24,000 nucleotides of DNA from Thermodesulfovibrionia bacterium (GCA_919902995.1 CAKKSD010000010.1:2646-26645); one strand, 5' to 3'; positions 6,425 to 14,050 are shown, counted from the stretch's first letter. Numbers and translations: made by a program. Notes: generated by a model from the sequence alone, not told the origin.

Positions 6425-7951
6425 TCACCTTCTGAACCTGTTCCTTACAGCAAGGGCAAAGAGGGCGGCTTGTAGGGGAATAAGCAACTTAGCAGCGATC
6501 TTTAAGAACCAATTTGAAGGAATAAAATCAGGCTTTGGTTCAAAAGTAGTATACTGCAACGTAGCTTTTAAGTAGTCCAAGTTCCAGATTTCAGACAACT
6601 CTCGAATTTTAATGACATCATCAGTATATAAAGATTTTATTCCTGTTAAGCCTAAAATAACAGATATAGCAATTATCAGTAAAACGAGTACGATTCCCGC
6701 TCTTAAAGGTCTTTCACCGTAACCGCTCGAAACCCAATAAAGATTTAAGAGATAAAATGAGAAGTTTTTCCAACTGCTTCCTTTTCTTTGCATTTCCTTT
6801 TCGCCATAATGCCAGTTAGAGACTTCATATTCGTTGTGGTCCTCTTTGCATTTTTGTTTAAGCTGTCGATAAAGGGTTTCTACTTTTTCGATTTTAGTCT
6901 TAAAATCCTTATCCTTTTTATTTTTGAAAAGTTCAATTTCATCATATAAAACTTTTCGCCCATCTTTCTTAGGAGGCCACTTGCAGTTTATAAAATCAAA
7001 TTTTCTTAAATCGGAATCCAAGAAGGAGATTGCTTCGAGATTGGCTCCTTCAAATCTGATCTCCTTTTCTATATCGAGAATTGTAAATTCTCCATCATTA
7101 ACAAATTCGCTCTTAAAAAAGTTTGCTTCTTTGACGAATGTAGCATGCCGGAAGTGTGCTTCTCCACCAAATATAGTCCATGCAAAGTCTGCCTCTTCTT
7201 TGAATTTAACATTAAAGAAATTTACTCTCCTAAAGAATTTAGCGTCTGAGAAGTCTGTCTTTTCGATGAATTCAGCCCATGGAAATTCTGCCTCTTCGCA
7301 AAACTCTGCTTTTGAAAAATTCGCCTTTCCATTAAATATAGCCTGGTGTCCATCAGATGAAAAATTTGCCTTTTTAAAGAATTTGGCCTTAGAGAAATCT
7401 GCCAATTGGTTAAATGTAGCCCCTAAGAAGTCTGCCTCTTTGTTGAATATTGACTTTAAAAAGCTTGCTTTTTCGTTAAAGGTGGCATATGCGAAGACCG
7501 TATTTTTGTTAAATTTAGCTTCTGAAAAGTTTGCATATTTACGAAATATGGCTGAAAAAAAGGATGCATTCCCCAGAAATGTGACTAGGAAAAATGCCTC
7601 ACTGTCGAACATAGCTCTTGAAAAGTCTGTATCATCGCTCAAAGTACCTATGAACCATGCTCGTCCGCTGAATGTAGACGATGAAAAGTTAAGACCAAGT
7701 AGAAGATTGTCTTTGCCTAGATCAAAGGTTATATCTCCTTCAAAAACTGTACCTGATAAATTACAGGATTTACTCTCTTTATTTGCTTCATCAATTCTTT
7801 CAAAAATGAGTTTATTAAAATCTTGGAGTGTTATACCCTTTTCTCCTTTAGGTGCATGAAAGATACAATACTCATTGTCTTCTACATCTTTGTAACCAAC
7901 AACAGAAAGATCTCTACACCACTTATATTCTTCAGCCTTACAGCAGGGCAA
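6425..7951 (-). CDS. Pentapeptide-repeat protein with a Cys/His-rich N-terminus and C-terminal transmembrane helices
   Basis: 508 aa with a TTG start (7951..7949) and a GGAGG SD. A long run of A(D/N)(L/F)xx-type repeats (ANFSEAKFNKNTVFAYATFNEKASFLKSIFNKEADFLGATFNQLADFSKAKF...) covers about 7021-7774. The N-terminus is MPCCKAEEYKWC...EYCIFHAPKG. Hydrophobic spans are AGIVLVLLIIAISVILGLTGI and FLKIAAKLLIPLQAALFALAV. Confidence 0.85.
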   Translation of the reverse strand: MPCCKAEEYKWCRDLSVVGYKDVEDNEYCIFHAPKGEKGITLQDFNKLIFERIDEANKESKSCNLSGTVFEGDITFDLGKDNLLLGLNFSSSTFSGRAWFIGTLSDDTDFSRAMFDSEAFFLVTFLGNASFFSAIFRKYANFSEAKFNKNTVFAYATFNEKASFLKSIFNKEADFLGATFNQLADFSKAKFFKKANFSSDGHQAIFNGKANFSKAEFCEEAEFPWAEFIEKTDFSDAKFFRRVNFFNVKFKEEADFAWTIFGGEAHFRHATFVKEANFFKSEFVNDGEFTILDIEKEIRFEGANLEAISFLDSDLRKFDFINCKWPPKKDGRKVLYDEIELFKNKKDKDFKTKIEKVETLYRQLKQKCKEDHNEYEVSNWHYGEKEMQRKGSSWKNFSFYLLNLYWVSSGYGERPLRAGIVLVLLIIAISVILGLTGIKSLYTDDVIKIRELSEIWNLDYLKATLQYTTFEPKPDFIPSNWFLKIAAKLLIPLQAALFALAVRNRFRR

Positions 7952-8015
7952 TTAAATACCTCCGAGGATTATTCCCTTAAATATTAACTATCTAAAATTC
8001 CCCCCTCACCCCCGC

Positions 8016-8036
8016 CCTCTCCCGCAAGGGGAGAGG
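8016..8036 (-). terminator. GC-rich hairpin just downstream of the RM gene (candidate terminator or REP-like hairpin)
   Basis: cctctccc-gcaag-gggagagg forms an 8-bp stem 14 nt after the stop at 8050. On the minus strand it is followed only by a weakly T-rich tract. Confidence 0.4.
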
Positions 8037-8049
8037 ATTGAGGATCGAA

Positions 8050-11000
8050 TTACGTCTTTAAAATCCCCCTCACTATCCCATCAATCTCTTTAATCTCCTC
8101 TTGCAGTTCAGCCTTTATCATTTTTCTCAGATTGCCGATGGATGCTGAAACGAGTTCAGCACAAGTTTTTGTGGGAGTGCCTTTTGAGAGGAGCTTTGAA
8201 ACCTTCTTTGTGCATTCTTCGCTGAGTCTTGCAAGTTCGATATGGTCTTTATTTGATGAGTCGAATTCGGGGATTGGGAGTTCCCAGACTTTTTTAACGA
8301 TATGCCTTGGTCCAAAAAGCCCTCTGGCTTGCATTGGTTTTAAGCGTTCATCAATTGTAGGAGAGTTGAGGATCGAACAAAGATAATAAGCCTCAGGCTT
8401 TTTATTTGTCTCATAATAGTACTCGGTATAATCAGACACAAACTCCTGAAGCTCAAATTCCTGATCTTCAATCTCTATTTTTATTTCCTTTCTTTCGACC
8501 ACACACCCACACAAATATGTTGCTGATGTTGGGTATAAAACCTTATATTTAGCCTGCCTTTGCTCTGTCAACTTATGCCTGTAATCAAGCCAGTCAACGG
8601 CATCCATGCTTTCCGCCTTCTCTCCTCTTTTCTCTTCCCACAATTTCTGTGCCTTATGGAGCCATTTTGAGAGATGGACGAAACCTTTTTTGCTTGCCTT
8701 AGATTCTTTTATGATAAGGTATTCCCCTGATTTGTCATGCTGAACTCGTTTCAGCATCTCTTGAGACCCTGAACCAAGTTCAGGGTGACATTTTAGATCA
8801 ACTAAGGGGAGCACAACAACCCTGAAATCAAGATAGCCGAATGGCACTATATCAGTCGAAAGGAGGGTTGCATAAAGAAATTCCTTCTCAATATTTCCCT
8901 TCAAAGATATTCCTTTGTAGGTTTCTTTCGCAGTCTTTTCAGAAGCCTCTGATGTCTCGACATAAGGCGTTGATGGGTTAATCCCGAACATCGAATGGGA
9001 TTTTATATCCACGAACCAGAAATTGCGAGGGACGATTGTAGCGCCTTGTTTGAACGCTGTATGATAGGGACTCCGCTGTATTCCAATATTTCCTTCTTCG
9101 GATTGTGAGAGAAAACTCCTCTCGCCTTTAATGCTTACATATAGATTCCCTTCGTCAACTTTTAAAGATTCTTCCGCCTCGATAAGTCCCGTATTTTTAC
9201 TTTCAAGAATCCCTGATATAAATTCAGCCTTATATGGCGAAACCGTGCCAATCCCTTTCTTTGCGATAAAAACAGATGTCGGGACATTGAATAAGGGCTT
9301 GACCTTCTCTATATCCCATATCTCGGTAAATCCAAGTTTTAGCGGATACTGCTGGCTTCTAAAGGTATGGTGCTGATCCGCAGTAAATATACTCCTCGGC
9401 ATTATGAACGCAATCATTCCTCCATTCTTGAGGTAGAGGTCCGCGGTTCGCAGATAAAACAATGTTGCAAGCTCCATATGGGTAATCAACTCAGCCTTAA
9501 CCTTCATCTTTTCGCCTGCAGATACGCCGCTGAGGAGTTTGTATGTATTCACAATCATTTCCTTCAGAAACTTCTGGTATTCGCTTTTATCAACATAACG
9601 ATAACTAAGCCACGGCGGATTGCCGATGATGACGTCAAACCTCTCTTTGAGGAATAATGGCTTGTACATATTTTTCATAATATATGCCCAGATGCTGTCC
9701 TTTTCTTCCTCAATAAGCTCTTTCATCGCAATCGCTGTGTAGAAGAGCATATCAATAGTATTTTTGTCGCTGACCTCCGGAATATGCTGTCTCAAAAAGT
9801 TTTCATAAGTTTCAAGGGTCGTTCCCCCCTTGCCTGCAAAATGTTTTGCAAATTCTTTTGTAGTGTCTATAACGGAGTCGTATGTTGAAGGGTCATTGAT
9901 TATAGTGTCAGGGATATATACATCCTTTTCAGCAATTTTTGTATGATAACTTGGAACACGGGTCAGCAAACTATGCTCCATCTTCTCTTCAGGCGGGTTT
10001 ATGGAGTCTGCAAGATACACAGGGATCTGAACCCTCTTCGTGCCTCTTTTTTTAATAAGGTCTCCGAGGGCAAGGAGATAATTGGTCTTTGCAGTGATTA
10101 CAGCAAGGGGATGAATGTCAATGCCTACAACGTTATTGATTATATGTTCAAGGGTTTCCTGAGTTTCATAGAATTCTGTCTTTTGACTCGTTGGAGATAA
10201 CTTTTTTGTTCCAAGTGCATGCCTTTTAAATCTTATGGCCATGTAAAGGAATGTCCCCGAACCGCAGGAAGGATCGAGGACAGAAACGGAGGGATCGTCC
10301 TTTAGAATATGCTCCACCATCCTCTGCGCAAGCCAGTCAGGTGTATAGTATTCTCCGAGGTCATGTCTTGTTTCAGGGTCAACAAGTTCCTGATAAAGGG
10401 ATTTCAGGATGTCTTCTGAAAGTTCTCTCAGGTTGTAATTTGCGAGCTGGTTAATCAGTTTTCTCGAAATATCAAGTCCTGTCTCTTTGGTTTGCTCTCT
10501 TACAATCCATGAAAAGAAGTCCTCTTCGAGGAAGTTGTCAATCCCCTGCTCGATGAAGAATTCGCCCTCAAGGATTTTAATAATTATTTCTGAAGAGGGA
10601 ACCGCGCTGTTTTCCGAAAGACGCATATAGACAATGAGCTTTGTAAATACTGCAAGGTAGGAATGTCTGAGAAAAAGTTCTTCATCTGCGACAAGACTTC
10701 CGTAGGTAATCCTCAGATACTTTTGCCAGTTATCGTATATGACCTTAAAATCGCTTCTGTCCTTTAGATTATTCCATGTTCCTTTAAAGACATTAAGGCT
10801 ATATCTGAAGGCAGGGCTTTTTATTCCGAAGTCCCTGACTATTTCTTCGGTCTTAGGATGAAGCTGCGTTTTTCTGAAGAAATATCTGTCAAGCCAGAAA
10901 TACGCTTGATATGGTTCTATCTTTGTTAAATCTATCTTTTCTATCTCCTCAAGCTCGACCTCATTATTGGTTTTTATCTTGGGCAAATAGGCATAAAATA

Positions 11001-11406
11001 AAATCCCGTCTGTCGCAAGGCATAAGTAGCTTGCCTTCTCTCCTGCCTGTATAAGATAGGATGTATAGCGTTTTAATTGTTGCGCTGCTTCATTCAGGCT
11101 TTTTCTTAAATCCTTCTCGAATTCTATTATCAGATTGCCGTAAAGGGCATCGATCTTGCCTCTCAGGATAATATCCTTCTGCTTTATGCTTACATACTTT
11201 TCAACACCATGAAGATAGTCCTCAACAAATCCGGCATCAACATTCTCAAAGATGTCTTTTAATAAGATAAGAAACCTCTGGGCTTTAGCAGGTTCGGTAT
11301 TTAACTGTGAGATTTGCTCTATGTATTCTTTAAATTTCTGAGATATGTTCTGCTCTGAGATGTCAGGTATTCTTGAAGGCTTTTCGGTGAGTTTAGTCTT
11401 CTTCAT
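8050..11406 (-). CDS. Fused type IIG-like restriction-modification enzyme (N-terminal nuclease-like domain, gamma-class N6-adenine methyltransferase, C-terminal target-recognition domain)
   Basis: 1118 aa. It carries GEYYTP (motif X), VLDPSCGSGTFL (motif I, aa 376-387) and FDVIIGNPPW (motif IV, aa 590-599). The N-terminal GKIDALYGNLIIEFEK is like the D...E-x-K nuclease motif of MmeI/Eco57I-type enzymes. The C-terminal YYLCSILNSP...WELPIPEFD resembles an HsdS/TaqI-like recognition domain. Confidence 0.8.
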   Translation of the reverse strand: MKKTKLTEKPSRIPDISEQNISQKFKEYIEQISQLNTEPAKAQRFLILLKDIFENVDAGFVEDYLHGVEKYVSIKQKDIILRGKIDALYGNLIIEFEKDLRKSLNEAAQQLKRYTSYLIQAGEKASYLCLATDGILFYAYLPKIKTNNEVELEEIEKIDLTKIEPYQAYFWLDRYFFRKTQLHPKTEEIVRDFGIKSPAFRYSLNVFKGTWNNLKDRSDFKVIYDNWQKYLRITYGSLVADEELFLRHSYLAVFTKLIVYMRLSENSAVPSSEIIIKILEGEFFIEQGIDNFLEEDFFSWIVREQTKETGLDISRKLINQLANYNLRELSEDILKSLYQELVDPETRHDLGEYYTPDWLAQRMVEHILKDDPSVSVLDPSCGSGTFLYMAIRFKRHALGTKKLSPTSQKTEFYETQETLEHIINNVVGIDIHPLAVITAKTNYLLALGDLIKKRGTKRVQIPVYLADSINPPEEKMEHSLLTRVPSYHTKIAEKDVYIPDTIINDPSTYDSVIDTTKEFAKHFAGKGGTTLETYENFLRQHIPEVSDKNTIDMLFYTAIAMKELIEEEKDSIWAYIMKNMYKPLFLKERFDVIIGNPPWLSYRYVDKSEYQKFLKEMIVNTYKLLSGVSAGEKMKVKAELITHMELATLFYLRTADLYLKNGGMIAFIMPRSIFTADQHHTFRSQQYPLKLGFTEIWDIEKVKPLFNVPTSVFIAKKGIGTVSPYKAEFISGILESKNTGLIEAEESLKVDEGNLYVSIKGERSFLSQSEEGNIGIQRSPYHTAFKQGATIVPRNFWFVDIKSHSMFGINPSTPYVETSEASEKTAKETYKGISLKGNIEKEFLYATLLSTDIVPFGYLDFRVVVLPLVDLKCHPELGSGSQEMLKRVQHDKSGEYLIIKESKASKKGFVHLSKWLHKAQKLWEEKRGEKAESMDAVDWLDYRHKLTEQRQAKYKVLYPTSATYLCGCVVERKEIKIEIEDQEFELQEFVSDYTEYYYETNKKPEAYYLCSILNSPTIDERLKPMQARGLFGPRHIVKKVWELPIPEFDSSNKDHIELARLSEECTKKVSKLLSKGTPTKTCAELVSASIGNLRKMIKAELQEEIKEIDGIVRGILKT
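8141..8161. repeat. Hairpin repeat (tgctgaa-acgag-ttcagca), a perfect 21-bp inverted copy of 8738-8758
   Basis: The reverse complement of 8141-8161 is tgctgaactcgtttcagcatc, identical to 8738-8758 when checked base by base. Confidence 0.7.
8733..8790. repeat. Double-hairpin palindromic element embedded in frame in the RM gene (aa 873-892, CHPELGSGSQEMLKRVQHDK)
   Basis: Hairpin 1 is atgctgaa-ctcgt-ttcagcat (8737-8757). Hairpin 2 is accctgaac-caa-gttcagggt (8766-8786). The outer tgtca (8733-8737) and tgaca (8786-8790) are inverted. The peptide motif resembles translations of small palindromic repeats I have seen in many genomes. Confidence 0.6.
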
Positions 11407-11820
11407 CTATAGTTTTCTTTCCTTAATAAAATCTTCTGGAGTAATAATTTCAATATCTTTGTATTTCTTCACAGACAGCAAACTCTTATCACCTGTGATT
11501 ACAAATTTTGCATTAGCGGATAGGGCACATTCAATGAACTTGTTATCTTCTGGATCATTTGTAACTTTAAGATATTTTTTATAGGCGTAAATATCAGAAT
11601 ATGCAAGAACAAATTCTAAAATGTTTGTCTGAATCTCTTGAGGGAATTCAAGTTTTGGATAAGAAACAGAACGACTAAGCTCGGCGAGTATCTCTGAAGA
11701 AATACAATTTCTTATAACACCTTTTTCTAATAACCCGATGATTTTTAAAGGCTTGCCACCCCATCCAAAAGCTGAAATGAAAATATTTGTATCAATTACT
11801 ACTTTTTCGCCCTTGCCCAC
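11407..11820 (-). CDS. vapC: PIN-domain toxin (TIGR00305-like)
   Basis: 137 aa with VVIDTNIFISA at the N-terminus and a C-terminal FVITGDKSLL motif. Its stop codon TAG (11409..11407) directly abuts the RM gene ATG (11406). Confidence 0.8.
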   Translation of the reverse strand: MGKGEKVVIDTNIFISAFGWGGKPLKIIGLLEKGVIRNCISSEILAELSRSVSYPKLEFPQEIQTNILEFVLAYSDIYAYKKYLKVTNDPEDNKFIECALSANAKFVITGDKSLLSVKKYKDIEIITPEDFIKERKL

Positions 11821-12026
11821 TTAACAGCCTCTTCTGCAACCTTCGATGGAAGCTTTTTACTTTTTGTAATTTCCGAGGCTTTCTTATATATGCTTTTTGC
11901 AGTCGGAGGATAAAATAGTTTTTGTTGGATCAAGGAGTCCATTATATCTTTTATTTCCTTAAATGAAAGGGTTGAAAGCCCTTGCACTAAATTTTCTTTG
12001 GATAGTTTTATGGCTACTTCAGGCAT
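11799..12026 (-). CDS. Putative antitoxin partner of the PIN toxin (75 aa)
   Basis: It overlaps the PIN gene by 22 nt and has an AAAGGAGGGG SD upstream. No domain is recognised, so the call rests on position. Confidence 0.5.
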   Translation of the reverse strand: MPEVAIKLSKENLVQGLSTLSFKEIKDIMDSLIQQKLFYPPTAKSIYKKASEITKSKKLPSKVAEEAVKWARAKK

Positions 12027-12039
12027 ATACCCCTCCTTT

Positions 12040-12121
12040 TTATTCTTTATTATATTCCTTTACCACCTGATTAACAATTCTTCTTGCAATCTCAAATGCT
12101 GCTGCAATTCTGATAATCTTA
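12040..12121 (-). pseudogene. radC: Start-less 3' fragment of the radC N-terminal-domain ORF (KIIRIAAAFEIARRIVNQVVKEYNKE*)
   Basis: By hand alignment, 12065-12121 matches 12911-12967 at 50 of 57 positions. It begins exactly at the stop of the DUF2283 gene, in a different frame. Confidence 0.6.
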
Positions 12122-12334
12122 AGCAACAACTTTTTCTTTACTTTTGAGCTCGTAAACTATCTCCTGAGGGTCTGATATCTGTTCTGAGGCATCGAGGATT
12201 TCCATGGATACAATTTTTCCGTCCTTACTGTAATCTATAATCATGCCCTCTCTTACTTCATCGCTTTCAGCTATCTGGTCTTCTCTAAAGATAAGGCTTA
12301 GCGTATCAGTTTCTGGATCAAATATGACCTTCAT
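12119..12334 (-). CDS. DUF2283 family protein (71 aa), no adjacent toxin
   Basis: MKVIFDPETDTLSLIF...IIDYSKDGKIVSMEILDAS is the typical DUF2283 pattern. Confidence 0.75.
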   Translation of the reverse strand: MKVIFDPETDTLSLIFREDQIAESDEVREGMIIDYSKDGKIVSMEILDASEQISDPQEIVYELKSKEKVVA

Positions 12335-12358
12335 TTATCCACCTCCACCCAATATTTG

Positions 12359-12384
12359 CTGATTCTTCTTGAAATCTCAAAGGC
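12359..12384 (-). repeat. Degenerate third copy of the radC 3' fragment
   Basis: ctgatt-cttcttgaaatctcaaaggc aligns with ctgattaacaatccttcttgcaatctcaaaggc (12913-12945), with a 7-nt gap and one mismatch. Confidence 0.45.
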
Positions 12385-12392
12385 CTTTATTG

Positions 12393-12599
12393 TTATTTTT
12401 TACCTGTAAGAGATACCTCTATGGGATGATCTTTAAGAGAACTTACTTTTAGTATCGAGAACCCAATAACATTGCCTTCCATATCAACCTTTTCCATTAT
12501 CTGGTCAGATTCTGTTTCTTTGAAGTAACCTTCCTTCTTTTCGAACATAACCTCAAGATAATCTCCTTCAGGGTCATACCATACTTTTACTTTCTCCAT
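12393..12599 (-). CDS. DUF2283 family protein (68 aa), putative antitoxin
   Basis: KVWYDPEGDYLEVMF...DMEGNVIGFSILKVS is the DUF2283 pattern. It overlaps the upstream gene by 13 nt. Confidence 0.75.
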   Translation of the reverse strand: MEKVKVWYDPEGDYLEVMFEKKEGYFKETESDQIMEKVDMEGNVIGFSILKVSSLKDHPIEVSLTGKK

Positions 12600-12892
12600 A
12601 TCACATCTCCTTTTTTAATGCTATCTGTAAAATAGGCTGTGACAATAAAGGCATCAGCCTCTTTATATTTTACCACAATGCAAAGATATTTATTCCCTAT
12701 AGAAAGATTCTCATAATATCTGGAACATAACCTCACTTTTTCATCGGTTCTTGATTTAACAACAATATCAGGACTTGAAAGAGTCTCGTTTATTTTTTCA
12801 GTATGTATGACCATCTCAGGATGCTCTTTTATATGGGCGAGCCTTTCCTCCGTCAGGCGTATAATGTTTCCATTATAGTCAGTTAAATTCAT
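12587..12892 (-). CDS. Putative toxin (101 aa), possibly a RelE/BECR-fold nuclease-like protein
   Basis: IRLTEERLAHIKEHPEM...TLSSPDIVV...KYLCIVVKYKEADAFIVTAYFTDSIKKG resembles small DUF2283-associated toxin-like proteins. Fold assignment is from memory only. Confidence 0.45.
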   Translation of the reverse strand: MNLTDYNGNIIRLTEERLAHIKEHPEMVIHTEKINETLSSPDIVVKSRTDEKVRLCSRYYENLSIGNKYLCIVVKYKEADAFIVTAYFTDSIKKGDVIWRK

Positions 12893-13182
12893 TCATCCTT
12901 TTCCTTTAAAACCTGATTAACAATCCTTCTTGCAATCTCAAAGGCAGCGGCGATCCTGATAATCTTTACATCCCCGAGCCCTTTAAACTCAAGAAATTTC
13001 TCCAGCGGCTGATTTGCCATGCCTTTGAATGACCCGAATTTATCGAGGATTTCTTCAGCTATTTTCTCGGCTGATTTTCCTTTTGTGCCTGTGGAAATAA
13101 GAATAGATAAAAGTTCAGCATCTGTTAGTGATTCAGCCCCATGTTCCCTAAGTTTACCCCCTGGATGTGTCCACGTTTTCAT
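12889..13182 (-). CDS. radC: RadC/UPF0758 N-terminal helix-hairpin-helix domain only (97 aa), with no JAB/MPN domain
   Basis: LREHGAESLTDAELLSILISTGTKGKSAEKIAEEILDKFGSFKGM...FKGLGDVKIIRIAAAFEIARR matches the RadC N-terminus. The ORF ends before any HNHPSG-type region and overlaps the next gene by 4 nt. Confidence 0.8.
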   Translation of the reverse strand: MKTWTHPGGKLREHGAESLTDAELLSILISTGTKGKSAEKIAEEILDKFGSFKGMANQPLEKFLEFKGLGDVKIIRIAAAFEIARRIVNQVLKEKDE

Positions 13183-13286
13183 AAAATCTTCTTAAAAACT
13201 TCATTTACCCTCAACTCTCCCTTTTCCCTGCCAGAAAATTAGCCTTAGTAAATTTAGTTGTTTTTCAATTTCAAAAAATGCTATAT

Positions 13287-13700
13287 TTACTCTTTAGTTT
13301 GTTTCCAGAATTTCAAAAACTCATCGGGTATCATGATTTTAAGTCTTTTTGTATATTTCCCCTTAAAATGACGCTTATTGCCTGTAATCAAAACCTTTGC
13401 AGAGCCGTTCAAAGCCACCTCAACAAATGGGATATCATCTTCATCTATAAGCGGTTCATTGATGGGAATGGAAATTATTTTTATACCTTGTGCTTCAAAA
13501 AAATCTAAAAGATCATTAACATCCTTTTCTTCAAAGCCGAATTTTGGTCTTAAAAGAACCTCACGGTATTCAAAAAAAATCCTGTCATCATAGAGTATCT
13601 GTAGTTCTCCAAGTAAAACCATATCAAGGATTCTCGCTGCATTTCCAAAGGGTGTTATAAGTGCTGAAACCAGGATGTTGGTGTCCAGAACTATTAACAC
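13287..13700 (-). CDS. vapC: PIN-domain toxin (TIGR00305-like)
   Basis: 137 aa with MLIVLDTNILVSAL and a C-terminal LITGNKRHF motif. Confidence 0.8.
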   Translation of the reverse strand: MLIVLDTNILVSALITPFGNAARILDMVLLGELQILYDDRIFFEYREVLLRPKFGFEEKDVNDLLDFFEAQGIKIISIPINEPLIDEDDIPFVEVALNGSAKVLITGNKRHFKGKYTKRLKIMIPDEFLKFWKQTKE

Positions 13701-13984
13701 TATTTCCTCATCTTTCTTGTAGCAGTGATCTCTGTTTCAATCTCCTTTGTGGTAAACTTAGACAGCCCTTTCTGAATAGCAGCTTTACGCATCCTTGATA
13801 CAGCAAGTTCTGCCTTTGCACGGCGGAGAGCCATTAATGCATCATCAAGAGCAACGTCACTCACACCAGTTAAAAGCGCTATAGGTTTGCCATTTGATGT
13901 AATTACCACTTCCTTGTTCTTTTCAAGGCTATCCCAAACACTGCCTGGTCTTATTCTAAAATCTCTCACCGTTACAAATTTCAT
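13700..13984 (-). CDS. Phd/YefM-type antitoxin
   Basis: MKFVTVRDFRIRPGSVWDSLEKNKEVVITSNGKPIALLTGV is the Phd/YefM pattern. I prefer the ATG at 13984 (GGAGGTG SD at 13990-13996) over the GTG at 14002 in the ORF track. Confidence 0.75.
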   Translation of the reverse strand: MKFVTVRDFRIRPGSVWDSLEKNKEVVITSNGKPIALLTGVSDVALDDALMALRRAKAELAVSRMRKAAIQKGLSKFTTKEIETEITATRKMRK

Positions 13985-14018
13985 TTTTTCACCTCCATCC
14001 ACTTCTTGTCCTACAATA

Positions 14019-14047
14019 AGTCTACAATATAGCTATAATTCTGTCAA
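14019..14047 (-). promoter_or_regulatory. Candidate promoter for the Phd-PIN pair
   Basis: The minus strand reads TTGACA (14047..14042), a 17-nt spacer, then TAGACT (14024..14019). Confidence 0.4.
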
Positions 14048-14050
14048 CAT

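Noticed and set aside
6640-6760. K+ channel-like GYGE motif in the pentapeptide protein C-terminus
   Set aside because: The SSGYGERP string precedes the first predicted transmembrane helix and is not preceded by another one. The TM-pore helix-filter-TM order of a channel is therefore absent.
6924-7859. 311-aa plus-strand ORF antisense to the pentapeptide-repeat gene
   Set aside because: It is a shadow ORF created by the periodic, stop-poor codon pattern of the repeats. It has no SD, its low-complexity S/L/K-rich translation is implausible, and it is fully nested in a convincing gene.
8127-8386. Short ORFs on both strands at the 3' end of the RM gene (8127-8315 minus, 8132-8386 plus)
   Set aside because: They are alternative frames of the RM coding sequence. 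The plus-strand DAETSSA peptide is just the translation of the hairpin repeat at 8141-8161.
8141-8758. Phase-variable inversion of the recognition-domain segment between the 21-bp inverted repeats
   Set aside because: No recombinase is nearby. The repeats are short and are themselves hairpins typical of a dispersed palindromic element. Inversion of the 576-bp segment would not obviously preserve an open frame.
8050-11406. BREX PglX interpretation of the 1118-aa methyltransferase
   Set aside because: No pglZ, brxC, brxL or other BREX genes are adjacent. The N-terminal D...E..K nuclease-like motif and the NPPW motif fit a single-chain type IIG/IIL enzyme better.
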